Assembly: GCA_030536855.1 (NCBI GenBank)
Contig: JAUNPK010000001.1
Coordinates: 4,965-68,964, forward strand
Origin: Eubacteriales bacterium
Lineage (GTDB): Bacteria; Bacillota; Clostridia; Lachnospirales; Lachnospiraceae
Direction of reading: 5' to 3'
DNA length: 64,000 bases
Shown: piece by piece, positions 9,876 to 19,196 of the stretch
How the letters are laid out: every line of letters starts with the position of its first letter
How positions within the stretch are numbered: position 1 is the first letter of the stretch
The notes under the pieces: generated by a model
The model's database searches: none
Seen by the model: the letters and a program-made list of their open reading frames with translations, nothing else
Told to the model about the DNA's origin: nothing
Program-made: the position numbers and the translations under genes

Positions 9876-11294
9876 TTACCTGCGGTTCTGACCGTTGCGT
9901 CTTCTTCTCTGCTTTTCCCTTCGTTGTCTGTCTACATTTATCTTAAGAACAATTAAGACTGCTGCCACTATAACGACCAGGATTACAGATACAATTATAA
10001 TTATATTATTCTTTGATTTATTGTCTTTTATACTATCTTCATTATCCCCGGTGTTTCCCTCATCTCCATTTTCTAAAAGACTCACTTCATCAATGCTCTT
10101 TTCCTGATAAATCACCTGATTGCATCGTGTACACACACCTTTGGTAAGATGCATGTACTCCACATTATATCCTTCTACCTTTTCCTCCTCGCCTAGGCTG
10201 TGTACAGGCTTGATATATGAGCTTTTATATGTGTATCCGCACTGATTACATTTGCTTAATACATATCCGTAATCAGGACAGTTATTGTTTACAACTGTTG
10301 TTGTATAAGTTGCATTTTCACAGGTATGAGGTTTCAAATCAGTTGAGTAATCGAACACTTCATTTCTCACAAATGAATCCGTATTCTCAACAGGCGCCTT
10401 ATGTGCACTCATAGTCTCACCAACCACAGCCCTGCAATACGCTCTTCTGTCAGCATTGTCTTCGAAAAATGTTATCTTACCCTCTATGTTATTTCCCGAA
10501 ATTTCACCTACGAAGCCTGTCTCTTTAGGATATACAATATAAAGTCCCGTAACACCTCCTGAATGAACATAACCATGGTCTGATATATATCCGTCTATCT
10601 TAACATTACAGTTTTTAACCTCTGTATACCCATCGGAATATACTCCTCCCATAAACTGCTCATCCTTAACAGTTAAATTTGTATCTATACTCACCAGAGT
10701 GCAATCCACGGTACTTTCCTCGATAAGTCCGTTACCAAAGCCCAGGATTCCTCCTACTCCCCACATTTTTTCCGAACATGTGAGAGAAATGCTGGTAACA
10801 ACATGACAGTTGGAAATTGTTGAATTATCCATATATCCGGCGATAGTTCCAACCATTGTATGTTCCTGTGATGTTACATCAATATATCCTCCCACTATCC
10901 CAAGATTCTTAACGGTGGCATTCTTAAGAATCCCAAAAAATCCTGCAAAATGTGTGTCATAAGATTTCAGATTACCGTCATATGTCTTTTCTGTTTCTGA
11001 TGTTGTACTGTTAATTCTAAGATTATAAATAGTATGTCCGTTTCCATCAAATGTTCCGCTGAAATTCCACGGTTTCCAGTATCCGTCATTCTGCTCATCC
11101 AAATCTATGTCTGCCATAAGAATGTAATTTCCATCCGGATGCTTTGCTGCCTCACAAAGTTCCGTATAGGTTCTGATTTCAATAGGCGAATCATCAGCAT
11201 TAGTTTTCTGTGGACTAAGAAGTGTAACACAAACACCTGTTATTACTAAAAGCAATACCATCGAAACGGTTCTTTTAAAAATTCCTTTTTTCAT
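9876..11294 (-). CDS. Membrane-anchored secreted protein with a GLUG-like/beta-helix N-terminal region
   Basis: Signal peptide; NYILMADIDL...FSGTFDGNGHTI; Gly-rich repeats; Cys/His-rich segment; C-terminal TM with Arg-rich tail. Confidence 0.6.
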   Translation of the reverse strand: MKKGIFKRTVSMVLLLVITGVCVTLLSPQKTNADDSPIEIRTYTELCEAAKHPDGNYILMADIDLDEQNDGYWKPWNFSGTFDGNGHTIYNLRINSTTSETEKTYDGNLKSYDTHFAGFFGILKNATVKNLGIVGGYIDVTSQEHTMVGTIAGYMDNSTISNCHVVTSISLTCSEKMWGVGGILGFGNGLIEESTVDCTLVSIDTNLTVKDEQFMGGVYSDGYTEVKNCNVKIDGYISDHGYVHSGGVTGLYIVYPKETGFVGEISGNNIEGKITFFEDNADRRAYCRAVVGETMSAHKAPVENTDSFVRNEVFDYSTDLKPHTCENATYTTTVVNNNCPDYGYVLSKCNQCGYTYKSSYIKPVHSLGEEEKVEGYNVEYMHLTKGVCTRCNQVIYQEKSIDEVSLLENGDEGNTGDNEDSIKDNKSKNNIIIIVSVILVVIVAAVLIVLKINVDRQRREKQRRRRNGQNRR

Positions 11295-11326
11295 TATTCC
11301 TCTCCTTTATCCGGATATATATCCAA

Positions 11327-11869
11327 TTAGTTACTCCTAAATGTATACTTTAACACCTGACAATTCTTTATTCCGTAGGAAGCAAACTCTTCATTAGTGC
11401 AGTCATTAAAGTATGAATTAACCACTCTGGCAATACCATTATGAGCCACAAGAAGGTAAGTCTTATCCTCCCTGCTTATATCATCGAGAAGATTATATAT
11501 ACGCTGTGCCAGGTGAAGCATGGTTTCCCCACCATCAAAATGGCTAATAAAATTACATTTTGCTACTTTAAATTCCTCTCCGTCTCTCGGAGTGGATTCA
11601 TATTTCCCAAAATTCTGTTCTTTGAGTCGTATTTCCTCCCGCATAGAAATTCCCGTTATTTCCGAAATATGTCTTGCAGTCTCCTTTGCCCTCACCAGTG
11701 GGGAATACAGAATTTCATCTATGGGAAGTTTCTCTTCTGCTATCCTGTGTCCCAGTTGTATAGCCTGTTCATGTCCCAATTGTGTCAGCTCTATATCCGT
11801 TGCTCCGCATATCTTATTCTCAACATTCCATACTGTCTGTCCGTGTCTGGTAAAATAAACATCTCCCAT
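11327..11869 (-). CDS. Histidine phosphatase (phosphoglycerate mutase-like) family protein
   Basis: RHGQT, SPL.RA.ETA, E.NFG.YE and AHNG motifs. Confidence 0.9.
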   Translation of the reverse strand: MGDVYFTRHGQTVWNVENKICGATDIELTQLGHEQAIQLGHRIAEEKLPIDEILYSPLVRAKETARHISEITGISMREEIRLKEQNFGKYESTPRDGEEFKVAKCNFISHFDGGETMLHLAQRIYNLLDDISREDKTYLLVAHNGIARVVNSYFNDCTNEEFASYGIKNCQVLKYTFRSN

Positions 11870-12039
11870 GAATATCCTCCCTGCCATAAAGTAATTAATG
11901 ATATCATTTCATATTGCACAATTATACTCTAAAGAATACAGAAATTCCAGCACTCCCATTAAGAAGTGCCGGAATAATAAACATCATATTCGATTCCTTA
12001 GACAAAAATAAGTTGCATATATTAAGATTCATTTACTGC

Positions 12040-14316
12040 CTATTGTATGGAATACTTTGCTTCAAACTCTCTTACCGGTATTGGTTTTGAAAAATAGTAA
12101 CCCTGAAACATCTTACATCCCATTCCGGTGAGCATCTTTAGCTGTTCCTCAGTTTCTACTCCTTCCGTTATAACCTCCATACCAATTTTTCCGGCAAGAT
12201 TAATAACGCTTTCCAATATATCTCTTCCTTTAGACTCATTTTCAGATTGTCTTAAAAATCCCATATCAATCTTTAATACATCTGCACTTATATCCTTAAG
12301 CATATTAAGAGAAGAATATCCGCTTCCAAAGTCATCAATTTCTATCTTGAAGCCGAAATCCTGCAGCTTATGTATAACCCTCATATTTTTTTCAAAATCA
12401 GACATGAGGGCTGTTTCTGTAATTTCCAGCTTAAGATTTACAGGATTTATATTATACTTTTCAATAAGGTTTTTAAAAATCTGGTATATATTAATAAAAT
12501 AAAAATCTCTGGCTGATATATTAACTGAAATATATAAATCTTCCCGTCCGATTTCTTTCCACTCTTTAAGCTTTTTCGCGGCCAGATTCCATATATACAT
12601 GTCAAGCTTGTAAACCAGACCGGTCTTTTCAAGAACGTCAATAAATGCACCAGGAAAGAGCAATCCACGCTCAGGATGTTCCCAACGCACCAGTGCCTCC
12701 GCTCCATATATGGTACCATCCTCTGCTGCCTGAGGCTGAAGATACATAACAAACCGGTTATTTTCAATAGCATTTTCAAATTCCCCGATTATCAGTCTCT
12801 CCTCAACCGACTTTTCAAAAAGCTTTGCATCGTAATAGGCTATATTTCTCTGATAATTATTTCTTATTGTCTCTGCAGCTATATTCGCCTTATCCACCAT
12901 GCTGCTTATGGCTTCGCCGCTGTCTTTTATGTTATATATACCCACCATTACATGAAGATGAAATGATGTATCCAGAAACTCTTTTTGCATCTGCTGAATA
13001 GATGTAAGAATAAGTTGCTCTCTTATGAGTCTGGTAGGCATACATAAAGCATACCTGTCTCCTTGAATCCTGCCATAAACTCCCCCTGACAGAACAAGAT
13101 CATTCATAATCCGGGACTGCTTAATCAGTATCTCATCTCCTTTTTGGAGTCCAAAGAGCTCGTTGATAAGCTTAAAATCTTTTATATTACTGCATATCAT
13201 GCTGTAATCCACATCCGGATTTCTTTCTATAAGCTCTCTTACCTCTACAAAGAAATTCTCTCTGTTATACAGCCCTGTTAAACTATCGTGGGTGGCACGA
13301 TACTTTTCTCTTTCGTAAGACTGTATCTGTGCTGACCTGTCATTGAATATAAAATAATCACAGATGAAATTGTTGTCTTCATCATATACTTTTTTATATA
13401 CAACTTCATATATTCTCTTATCATCACAAATTTCCATCTGTATTTCGAATCTAAAGGATTCGCTGTCAGAAGAATCATTCTTTGCCATCCACATTTTATA
13501 ATAATCTTGTGCATTCCCCTTATTAAGGTGTTTGTCGTAGATATCACACAAAATATCACTAATATATAAACACCTGCCATTATTATCAAAGCAGATAATA
13601 CCACAATTCATATCTTTGATAATTAATGAGAGGGTATTTTCTATAATCTCATTGGGAATATAATCCAGAGAATAATAATATATGAGTATAGACATAAGTC
13701 CATAGGCAGCAACAGATACATCATATAAATAATTGGTTCCTGTTACCATAATGTTAATCACATTGGCCGCCACCAAAGATGAAAAAATCCATTTATATCT
13801 GATTCTATAAAATCTGGAAGTCTTTATCATCTTTATGCCAAATACCAGCATAACCAATAATATGCCCACATAATTAAAAATATAATGTATTCTCATCAGA
13901 AGACCTGTCTGGGTAAACTGATAAACAATACCGTCACACATCATATCTTTAACAGGAAACATTATCTCATTCCACGGGTTACTGATAAGCATAATGGTAT
14001 CCGCCAGACAATACAATGATAATATTATCTTGATTATCCTATGCGTTCTGAATACCTTTGTATAAAATTCAGTATAAAAAATAAGCAGCATAACAAGCCA
14101 GTCAAAACAGGAAAGCATTATTCCCCGAAACAACATGGCCATATTAGTATTTTTTACAAAGTAACAACCAAGTACTGAAGCAGCACAGATAACTACCATA
14201 CTCTCATATAACGCAATAAATTTCGCCAGGTTGTTTTTACCTTTGAATGCCTTGCAGGCACAAACAGCCAAGCAGAACATTTCCGCCAGCACTACACAGA
14301 CAAATATAATATTCAT
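12040..14316 (-). CDS. Membrane GGDEF-EAL protein, likely c-di-GMP phosphodiesterase
   Basis: N-terminal multi-TM region; HDSLTGLYNR; degenerate QGDRY at the GGDEF site; intact EALVRW and IDDFGSGYSSL. Confidence 0.88.
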   Translation of the reverse strand: MNIIFVCVVLAEMFCLAVCACKAFKGKNNLAKFIALYESMVVICAASVLGCYFVKNTNMAMLFRGIMLSCFDWLVMLLIFYTEFYTKVFRTHRIIKIILSLYCLADTIMLISNPWNEIMFPVKDMMCDGIVYQFTQTGLLMRIHYIFNYVGILLVMLVFGIKMIKTSRFYRIRYKWIFSSLVAANVINIMVTGTNYLYDVSVAAYGLMSILIYYYSLDYIPNEIIENTLSLIIKDMNCGIICFDNNGRCLYISDILCDIYDKHLNKGNAQDYYKMWMAKNDSSDSESFRFEIQMEICDDKRIYEVVYKKVYDEDNNFICDYFIFNDRSAQIQSYEREKYRATHDSLTGLYNRENFFVEVRELIERNPDVDYSMICSNIKDFKLINELFGLQKGDEILIKQSRIMNDLVLSGGVYGRIQGDRYALCMPTRLIREQLILTSIQQMQKEFLDTSFHLHVMVGIYNIKDSGEAISSMVDKANIAAETIRNNYQRNIAYYDAKLFEKSVEERLIIGEFENAIENNRFVMYLQPQAAEDGTIYGAEALVRWEHPERGLLFPGAFIDVLEKTGLVYKLDMYIWNLAAKKLKEWKEIGREDLYISVNISARDFYFINIYQIFKNLIEKYNINPVNLKLEITETALMSDFEKNMRVIHKLQDFGFKIEIDDFGSGYSSLNMLKDISADVLKIDMGFLRQSENESKGRDILESVINLAGKIGMEVITEGVETEEQLKMLTGMGCKMFQGYYFSKPIPVREFEAKYSIQ

Positions 14317-14426
14317 AAAAATACCCCATTTCACATATAGCTCTCTCCCTTACTACAGGGGATATATCACGAATCTGATGAGACTAATTATATATGAAAC
14401 AGGGTGACTTGTAAATCTTATTAAAT

Positions 14427-15902
14427 TTATTCTTTTGACTTTTCACGAGTCCTTGGACCCATTACAAGGCATAAAATTGATACCAGTAATACCAGTGCAA
14501 CGCACATCCATGAAAGAAGCATTACGGTTCCTTTTGTAGAAAACATATCATAGTAACCTTTAAGATAGATGATAACTATCACTGCCGGTACAAAATAAGT
14601 CATATAATATCTTATTCCGTTAGTGAGACTAATTCCTTTACCGGTGTTAGCTTCTTTGAGAAAATTACCCCATCCCCATCCATTCTTCTTTACACAGAAA
14701 AGAACGAAAATAAGGCTACCCAGAGGAAGAATATTATAAGAGACCAGGAAATCTTCCACATCCATAATTGTAGTTCCTTCACCTAACAGGCTGACAAAGG
14801 ATAGAACACTAAATCCCAGCACTGCCGGAATTGATGTAACTGTAATACCCACAAGATTAACTGCAACAGATTTCTTTCTGCCCCAATCTTTAGCTTCCTG
14901 AGTCATCTTAACAATATTTTCAAATACAGCTATTACCGTTGAAAGAGCCGCAAATGTCATAAATATAAAAAACAGTGTTCCCCACACTCTTCCCCCAGGC
15001 ATATGATTAAAGACGTTTGGAAGTGTAATAAACAGTAATGATGGTCCTGCGTCAGGCTCAACTCCATATGCAAAACATGAAGGAATAATTATAATTCCTG
15101 CCATTAACGCAACAAATGTATCCAGAAGCATAACATTCAAAGCTTCTCCTGTAATCTTTCTTTCCTTAGAAAGATAGCTTCCAAAGATTTCCATTGAACC
15201 CATACCAATACTGAGGGTGAAGAATGCGTGTGTCAAGGCTGCAAAAAATACATTTCCCACTCCGGCATCTGCCATTTTCCCAAAATCAGGAACCAGATAA
15301 AACTTAAGTCCTTCTTTTGCACCGCTTAATGTAACAGACCTGACAGCAAGCACCAGCATAAGACCGATAAGCAAAAGCATCATAACCTTAGTTATCCTCT
15401 CAACACCGTTTCTAAGACCTAATAAACATATTCCAAAAGATAATACAATGACAATTACTGTCCAGAACATCATCATTCCCGGATTGGACAGCATATTGGA
15501 AAACACTTTTGACACTCCCTGAGTATCAAGGTTTTCAAATGTACCTTTCGCTGAAAGAAACACATAATACATCATCCACCCTGCAACCATGGTGTAGAAC
15601 ATCATAAGTAGATAATTACCTGAAAAACATACCCATCTTACCTTACTCCATCTGGTTCCCTCAGGCTGTAATTCAGTATAAGCTCTCATTACACTTTTTC
15701 CGCTGCCCCGTCCCACTGAAAACTCACATATAAGACAAGGAAGTCCCACAAGCACAAGAAGAATCAAATAAATAACAATGAATGCCGCACCACCATTCTC
15801 TCCGCAAATATAGGGAAACTTCCATACATTTCCAAGACCAACAGCACATCCTGCGGATACTAATATAAATCCAAGTCTTGAGCCAAATTTTTCTCTTTCC
15901 AT
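14427..15902 (-). CDS. Sodium-dependent transporter (SNF/NSS family)
   Basis: SAGCAVGLGNVWKFPY, GPSLLFITLP; about 12 TM segments. Confidence 0.92.
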   Translation of the reverse strand: MEREKFGSRLGFILVSAGCAVGLGNVWKFPYICGENGGAAFIVIYLILLVLVGLPCLICEFSVGRGSGKSVMRAYTELQPEGTRWSKVRWVCFSGNYLLMMFYTMVAGWMMYYVFLSAKGTFENLDTQGVSKVFSNMLSNPGMMMFWTVIVIVLSFGICLLGLRNGVERITKVMMLLLIGLMLVLAVRSVTLSGAKEGLKFYLVPDFGKMADAGVGNVFFAALTHAFFTLSIGMGSMEIFGSYLSKERKITGEALNVMLLDTFVALMAGIIIIPSCFAYGVEPDAGPSLLFITLPNVFNHMPGGRVWGTLFFIFMTFAALSTVIAVFENIVKMTQEAKDWGRKKSVAVNLVGITVTSIPAVLGFSVLSFVSLLGEGTTIMDVEDFLVSYNILPLGSLIFVLFCVKKNGWGWGNFLKEANTGKGISLTNGIRYYMTYFVPAVIVIIYLKGYYDMFSTKGTVMLLSWMCVALVLLVSILCLVMGPRTREKSKE

Positions 15903-16142
15903 AATCCTCCATTTCTGTACATCTTTTAAGTACATAACGAGTTAATAATATTTATCCATAATCTCGTTTTAATATTTATTTATAAGTGTACATGATAATG
16001 TACTTTAACACCAGTAATTTTTACAATAATTACTTGTTTTTTATTATTCATATAAGTATACTTTTAGGCTGGAATGATTATTCCCTCAAATTTGTACCTG
16101 TGGTTAAAGTTTTGCAGGTTACTGAAAGGTATGGTTATTGAT

Positions 16143-16628
16143 ATGAATTATATACTTATCGGCATGCCCGGATGCGGCAAAAGCACTGTAGGCGTTGTTC
16201 TGGCTAAGAAAGTGGGATTTAAGTTTATAGACTCAGATCTTGTTATTCAGGAACAGGAACATAAACTTTTGCATGAAATAATATCAGAAAATGGTATTGA
16301 AAAATTTAAGGATATAGAAAATAAAGTTAATGCCGGTCTGACAACAGAATACTCTGTTATTGCCACCGGCGGCAGTGTAATATATGGCAGGGATGCCATG
16401 GAACACTTGAAATCAATGGGTACTATTATCTATCTTAAACTCTCCTATCCGGAAATTGAAAACCGCCTGGGTGACCTGACAGAAAGAGGTGTAGTTCTTA
16501 ATCCGGATCAGACACTGATGGATTTATATAAAGAACGTACACCTCTTTACGAAAAATATGCCGATGTTACTATAGACTGCGACAACAAGACAATAAGAGA
16601 AATAGTAAACTGTATTGTCAACCCCTAA
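16143..16628 (+). CDS. aroK: Shikimate kinase
   Basis: GMPGCGKST P-loop, DSD, ATGGS and ERTPLY motifs. Confidence 0.9.
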   Translation: MNYILIGMPGCGKSTVGVVLAKKVGFKFIDSDLVIQEQEHKLLHEIISENGIEKFKDIENKVNAGLTTEYSVIATGGSVIYGRDAMEHLKSMGTIIYLKLSYPEIENRLGDLTERGVVLNPDQTLMDLYKERTPLYEKYADVTIDCDNKTIREIVNCIVNP

Positions 16629-16892
16629 TTACTTTACGCACTGCTTGTACTGCTGCTTCACTTCATCAAGCTTTTTCTGCTCTGCCGCAGGGGTTGGGTA
16701 ATACCCCTCTGCATGCATCATATTAAACACATCCTGCTGAATATCATGTTCTTCCTTCAAAATGTGAAGCATCACCTGTCTCACATCCTCATGAACGCAT
16801 TCATTTGCATAGGTATTGAAATTACCTGTTGATGCTTTCTGTGCAGCGAGAGCATCACTTAAGATTTCTTTTTCGGTATAAATTCCTGCCAT
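16629..16892 (-). CDS. Spore coat protein (Coat F domain)
   Basis: EKEIL.DAL...YNTYANEC...EEH...VF..M...GYYP pattern. Confidence 0.75.
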   Translation of the reverse strand: MAGIYTEKEILSDALAAQKASTGNFNTYANECVHEDVRQVMLHILKEEHDIQQDVFNMMHAEGYYPTPAAEQKKLDEVKQQYKQCVK

Positions 16893-16905
16893 TATTTTCC
16901 CCTCC

Positions 16906-17091
16906 TTATGACAACTTTGAATAAAGCTGATTAAAATGTTCCTGATGCTTGTCCGAAATACTAATCATTTTGTCCTTTAATTCACTTGTTTCTGCATGTT
17001 CTGCAAGCATCTTGAATTTTTTTACAAGGAGATCCTCCTCTGACAGTAAATCCTTAATTGAAGATAATTCTTTTTCCGACAATTGAGTCAT
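16906..17091 (-). CDS. Small spore-coat-associated protein (Coat F partner)
   Basis: LSEKEL..IKD.L..EDLLVKKF...H pattern; AGGAGG SD; directly upstream of the Coat F gene. Confidence 0.65.
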   Translation of the reverse strand: MTQLSEKELSSIKDLLSEEDLLVKKFKMLAEHAETSELKDKMISISDKHQEHFNQLYSKLS

Positions 17092-17185
17092 GGTTCTTCC
17101 TCCTATCACAATAAATCCGGCTTCCTATTCTCATAGTTACCACTTTCTTTATTATTTCCGTGAGAAATGAATTTATACAGCACAA

Positions 17186-17707
17186 TCAATAATTTTCTTC
17201 TGTTACCGCAGACTCAAGGGCATTATTTACAGCATTAATAATTCCCTTAGATGAGTATGTTGCCCCTGACACAGCATCAACATTCAGTGTCTGGTTATGT
17301 ATTTGAACCTTCATAAACTCCATCTTTTAACTGTGCTCCGGAAGCTTCTGTAGATGAATTGGTCTGATTTAAAATACTATTTACAACATCATCTTTATAA
17401 CTATCATCATTGTTATCATTCTGAGTATATTCCTTATTTTTTGACTTATTCACAATCCTCGACGGAAGACTGATTCCCACATCTGCAATATGTATCACAA
17501 TAAAACCTATCCATGAATCAATCCCATAATAACCATTAAAATCCCCATAGGAATATGAATTTTATGAAAAAAACGATTAAGCTTTGCAGACTTGCTTTTT
17601 CGGGCAATATATTTTAAAGATGTCATAATTCCCAACAGGACAGCAATCCATGCTAATATAAGACTAACAATACTTTCCGACGCACTTTTACTCTTCGCAA
17701 GAAACAC
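17186..17707 (-). pseudogene. Fragmented membrane-anchored FMN-binding protein gene
   Basis: Three pieces: TM fragment (17507-17707), linker ending LKDGVYEGSNT* (17295-17498), and an out-of-frame tail QTLNVDAVSGATYSSKGIINAVNNAL...* ending at 17186. Confidence 0.7.
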
Positions 17708-18208
17708 GATATCAGCTTTTTAGGTATATGCTGTAGGAGTTACTACCCAACTCAGTGGCAGTTGATTTCTCTCACACATAACATGATAAATTATTTAAAA
17801 GATAATTAGAACCGAGATATATTACAAATTTCGTAATAAAAGTGGTAGTATTATTATGGATTTTTATAAAATGGGGATTTTTGAAAAGAAAAAAGTCCCA
17901 TAAATAGCTTGTTATCACTATTTATGAGACTCTTGTTTATGCTATAAATTGAACAAATCCGCATGTGTTCCGGTTAGTATTAATTCATATTGCATTAATC
18001 CATATCCTCCAAAGCATCAGAAAAGCTTGCATATCTCTTTGTATTAGGATATCCTCATTATTTTTATATCTCATTATAAAAAAACGGAGCATCATTTGGA
18101 AAAACATCCCTAATAATTTACATATAAATGTCCATTATATAATACTATTAAGTTACTTGGTTGTTACCTTTATAATTCTATACACATCTACACTTTCCCA
18201 AATAAAAA

Positions 18209-18570
18209 CTAAGCTATTCTCTCTTTCACATTAGGTAATTCATACAACGTATCCGGATCAATATCCAAACAGGTCGTATTATCTCTATTTTTACAAATAT
18301 CCCATGCCAGAGTATCATTCAGTACCGTACAGGTATCTATAAAAACATTTATATCTTTTAAGGTTTGAAACGCTTCTTTCTCTAACATTGGGGTCATATC
18401 ATAGCATACAATTTTTCCATCTTTAGAGAGTTCCCAATTCTGCATCAATTCATCCTGATGCAAAACACACCACGCCAAAATCAATTTCAATTGCCTTGAG
18501 GGTAAAGCACCTTTTATCACTCTTGCTCCATCTATTTCAATTAATGCCTTATTTCCATATATCCTTGACA
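18209..18570 (-). pseudogene. Fused DUF4160/DUF2442-like remnant (putative type II TA pair)
   Basis: YGNKALIEID...GALPSRQLKLILAWCVLHQDEL..NWEL joined in frame at KDGK to IVCYDMTP...LAWDI....D...LDIDPDTLY. Confidence 0.65.
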
Positions 18571-18829
18571 GTGTAAGCATACCACAAATATCACTGAAAA
18601 AAACCCACAAACTTGATGTTTGTGGGTTTCCATATAATAAAAATACTCTTTTTCTTATCTCTTTGTTAACGTTTTGAGAGCGAGAAAAGCCCTGAAACAA
18701 GGGATTTGTTGGTAGCAGTGTTGCATATGTGTTTTATGTTGAGAACTGCCCACAACTTCCTTTAGCTTCCATATATTTCAAATCTATTTGTCAATTTCAC
18801 TTTTAATTGTTTCCTTCAAATTATTTTTA

Positions 18830-18858
18830 TTGCATACTAACCATTTTACTGTTATTAT
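18830..18858 (+). promoter_or_regulatory. Sigma-A promoter of the putative type I toxin, copy 1
   Basis: TTGCAT-17-TATTAT with extended TG; predicted start near 18865. Confidence 0.7.
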
Positions 18859-18969
18859 TAATTTGGTGCTACCCTATTCGGTAGGCGGTTAGTTCTTCAG
18901 CATAGGGACTGTGACCCTCTGATTACATAGAAATCATCTTGTATGAAATCTTTCAAAGGAGGGATGCCA

Positions 18970-19101
18970 ATGTTGACTCTTGAAAGTCTCATTGCAGTTT
19001 TAAGTTTTGGCTTAACCTGCTTTGGACTTGGATATACACTCGGTAATAAATCACGAAAAAATAATCGCCACCGGTCTGGTAAACTGAGGCGATTATTTTA
19101 A
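18970..19101 (+). CDS. 43-aa hydrophobic peptide, putative type I toxin, copy 1 (absent from ORF track)
   Basis: MLTLESLIAVLSFGLTCFGLGYTLGNKSRKNNRHRSGKLRRLF*; SD AAGGAGGG at 18956-18963; one TM helix plus basic tail. Confidence 0.75.
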   Translation: MLTLESLIAVLSFGLTCFGLGYTLGNKSRKNNRHRSGKLRRLF

Positions 19102-19146
19102 TCAATTCATAAACTGGACTAACCGTCTATCGGTAGCACCTTTTAT
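19056..19146 (-). ncRNA. Putative antisense antitoxin RNA, copy 1 (about 90 nt)
   Basis: Convergent promoter TTGACA(19181-19176)-17-TATTAT(19158-19153); 12-bp IR 19058-19069/19088-19099 followed by a T-run on the minus strand. Confidence 0.6.
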
Positions 19147-19196
19147 GAGATAATAATAACATCATTAACAAAACATGTCAAAAGAATTTTCATACA

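Noticed and set aside
14317-14426. c-di-GMP riboswitch upstream of the GGDEF-EAL gene
   Set aside because: No class I or II consensus elements are visible
17150-17180. Sporulation sigma-F/G promoter (GTATA-14-GGAAATAATA) for the coat genes, and GTGAGAAATG as a left att core
   Set aside because: Spacing is off-consensus and the decamer has two mismatches; both are compatible with chance
17965-18234. AT-rich plus-strand ORFs 17965-18234, 23387-23569, 26246-26605 and 27182-27520
   Set aside because: No SD, low-complexity hydrophobic composition typical of AT-rich intergenic DNA, and overlap with promoters or repeats
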